64,000 nt of DNA from the NCBI GenBank assembly GCA_016748015.1, contig JAAOMT010000324.1:124001-188000 (forward strand). Direction: 5' to 3'. The stretch is from Geosiphon pyriformis uo1 (lineage: Eukaryota > Fungi > Glomeromycota). Positions 61,487-64,000 of the stretch are shown here, in pieces. The notes beneath the pieces are model-generated. The model was given only the letters and a program-made list of their open reading frames with translations. It did not search any database and was not told the origin of the DNA. Within the stretch, counting starts at the first letter, position 1. Every line of letters begins with the position of its first letter. Both the position numbers and the translations under genes were made by a program.

Positions 61487-62306
61487 AATGAAAGGATTAT
61501 TAAAGAAATATTGAAAGATTTGACAAGAAAAAACAGAAAACTTCTTTTTCAGAAATGCACCTTTTTGAGGATTTTTAGGAAGTAAGAGAGAAAGAAGTTT
61601 TTTATATAATTTTAAGTTAAAAATTATTTATATTTATTATAATTTATTAAAAAACTTTGGTTATATTTTCTTATTTATATTAAATTCTGTTATATAAAAA
61701 AATATTATTGTTGTTTTAATAAAATAGCATGTTTTATTTAATTAGTTGTTAATTCTTTGATAATTAAATATTATATAATAATAAGATTAATAATTATATA
61801 AATATAGTTAGTATAAAAAGTTTTGTTTTCAGAAATTGGTTTTTAAAAACATTAAAAATATTTAAAAATAGTTTTAAAACTATTATAAATTTTATTAAAA
61901 TTGTATATAATATAGCTGGTTATTTTAAGTTAAATATATAATTGCTTAATTTTAATTTTAAAATTATTTATAAAAAATAAAATTTAATTATTAGCAATAG
62001 ATTATAATTTTTAAGTTTATTATTAAATAGCTTTGTTGTAAATATTTATAATTTAAGTTTTAATTATAGTATTTTAATTAATTTTGGTTTTAAAGTTTTA
62101 TTATCTTTAATATTTATGTTTTTAATAATATAAATTTATAATATTGTTTTAAGTAATTAATTATATATAAAAAAAACATAAATTATATTTTTTTTTAAAT
62201 TTAATATATTATAATAAATAATAATTGGACTGTAATTATTAATTAATATAAAAAATTTAATTAAACAATACAGTTAAATATTAATTCAAAATAAATTCAG
62301 TAAATA

Positions 62307-62308
<2 letters not shown>

Positions 62309-62346
<38 letters not shown>
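62309..62346. repeat. (TTA)n microsatellite
   Basis: About 12 perfect units. Confidence 0.9.
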
Positions 62347-63537
62347 GACCAAATTAAAAAAAGCTTTTGTTTATAGCCAAAAAAAAATTAAATTTTATAA
62401 TTAATGTTAATAATATATTAAAAAAAGAAAAAACCAAACTTATTTTTAAAAAAAAAACAGATTTTAAAACAATTAAAGTGTTTTAAAAAACATAAAAAAA
62501 CACTATTTTTAAATATTTTAAAAAAATGTACAACAGTAAAAAAAAGTTGCTTTTGTATTGTCTTGGTTTTTTTAGCTATTTGAATAACAATAAAAAAATA
62601 ATTGTAAAAAACAGTAGCTTTATTATTAATTTATAGTCAAAAACTTTAGAACTTTTTGCAATAATAATAAAAATATTAAAATTAGTTTTAAAGTATTATT
62701 TTAACTAAAAAAACTTTTAGCCAAAAACTAATAATATGTTTTTAAAATAGTTAAAAACTGTTTTGTTTTAAAAATATTTAAAAAAAGCATTTTTACAAAT
62801 AAAAAAACATTATTTACTTTTTTTATTTTTTGTTCTAATATAATTATTATAGTTTTATGTACATAAATAGTGATTTTCATTAAGTAATTAAAAAAATTCT
62901 TTTTAACCATTCTGTTTTTATAATAAATTATTATTAATTATTCAAATTTTATAAGATTAAAAATTAAATAATAATATTTTATTAATATTGTGTTTATGTT
63001 TTTTAAATTTAGATTCTATTATTAATGCAATATTATTTTAAGTTTTTAATAAATAATTATTTAATTGTTTTGTGTTTTTATTTTTGATTTATATATTTCT
63101 TTAATAAAAATAATTATAACTTCTATTATTTTTTTGATGATTTCTTTATTTTCATAACATTATTTTACATAAAATTCTCTTTTAAAAATAAGTTATCAAT
63201 TTATTATGACTGAGATTTACTTGAAAATTTGAATTATAAATCTAATTTCAATATTTTGAATCCTTTTTCATTTGAGAATGATTTCAAAAAGTTACATCAG
63301 TGCTATTTTGAGTTTCATTGGCATAAAAGTGTTAGAAGTGAACCAACAATTATCGAGAGACAACAATGAGATCTAATAATTTAATGACCAAGAATATTCT
63401 TTATCGGTTGGCGCTATGATAGAGCTCTCGAGGAATAAAAGTTGAAGTCGAAAAATGATCATACCCATTTTTTATCCATGATCGTTATATATTGAATTGA
63501 AAACTATTCTGGTAGAGTTCCAAATAAAATATTGTTA

Positions 63538-64000
63538 TTACCACTTAATTGGCAAATTCGCACGGTTTGCCACTGCCAATTTGTGGACCTGATTCTTTTT
63601 TTCTAGTACTTTGCTAACCCCATTAATAACAGCCAAGATCTCCATCCCAAACCTGACCCCAAAACTTTTCTCTGGCCGTTTATCGCTAGCCTCTATTATC
63701 CATTTAATAGCACGATGATGCCGTTGTCGTTCATTTAATGGTCCAGGAACCTGGATAACTTTGACACCCTTGCGTTGGGAAATCACGCGAACCAGAGGGG
63801 AGGCGGTTTCTATGGCTGCATGAAGAATTTCAACAGGATTTGAATGGGTTTGGATTTGGATAATATGAAGAGCGTCATTAAGAATGGCTTTGGCTATGGT
63901 TTTTTTACCGTCCCGCATTATCATGTTGGTCACATGCGAGAGAATTGGATCATGTCTCGGAGGGATTATATCTTGTTTTATATCGGCGCCGAAAGCAGAT
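63538..64000 (-). CDS. RSM7: Mitochondrial ribosomal protein uS7m, nuclear-encoded; C-terminal part, continuing beyond the window
   Basis: The frame is open to the window edge: DPILSHVTNMIMRDGKK..A..I, P.EIL..AI...SP, QVP.PL.ERQR...AIKWI, KK..VHKLAVANRAN. The DPIL.H.TNMIMR.GKK form is typical of fungal Rsm7. Confidence 0.9.
   Translation of the reverse strand, partial: SAFGADIKQDIIPPRHDPILSHVTNMIMRDGKKTIAKAILNDALHIIQIQTHSNPVEILHAAIETASPLVRVISQRKGVKVIQVPGPLNERQRHHRAIKWIIEASDKRPEKSFGVRFGMEILAVINGVSKVLEKKNQVHKLAVANRANLPIKW

Larger units (their letters stand above)
54793..61600 (-). mobile_element. Near full-length LINE (APE-type non-LTR retrotransposon with RNase H), inactivated by point stops; clade not assigned
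   Basis: ORF1 plus ORF2, a short 3' UTR and an A tail (T run ~54793-54812 on +); short pyrimidine-rich 5' UTR. The 5' end is approximate. Confidence 0.93.

Noticed and set aside
61598-61615. LINE TSD (tatataa-tttt at ~54784 and ~61602)
   Set aside because: Not distinguishable from chance in such AT-rich flanks.
61620-63200. Possible MITE or DNA-transposon remnant in the AT-rich tract
   Set aside because: No terminal inverted repeats or coding trace that I could verify by eye.

Overview
AT-rich eukaryotic DNA, most consistent with a fungal (probably Glomeromycota/Mucoromycota-type) heterochromatic repeat cluster; the taxonomy is an impression, not verified. About 50 kb (3.4-53.8 kb) is a nested stack of decayed Ty3/Gypsy LTR retrotransposons from two related families, here called A and B. 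It is flanked by two copies of an APE+RT+RNase H LINE (1-2950 on +, and a near full-length copy at ~54793-61600 on -). The only host gene is the 3' part of a nuclear-encoded mitochondrial ribosomal protein S7 gene at the right edge. Comparing the five readable LTR-element copies reconstructs an unusual, complex-retrovirus-like layout. ORF1 is a single frame: long Gag, protease, a Cys-rich multi-CxxC domain, dUTPase, a degenerate dUTPase-like domain, RT and RNase H, ending at a stop found in all five copies. Integrase follows as a separate ORF, then a conserved non-Env ORF3 abutting the PPT. The PBS resembles elongator tRNA-Met and can be sequestered by a tRNA-3'-end mimic in U5. The LTRs carry swappable tandem U3 arrays and a covarying RNA hairpin/branch-point/U-tract module shared between the families. 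All copies are pseudogenised by almost pure C>T/G>A mutation. Coordinates were read by eye; domain boundaries are approximate.
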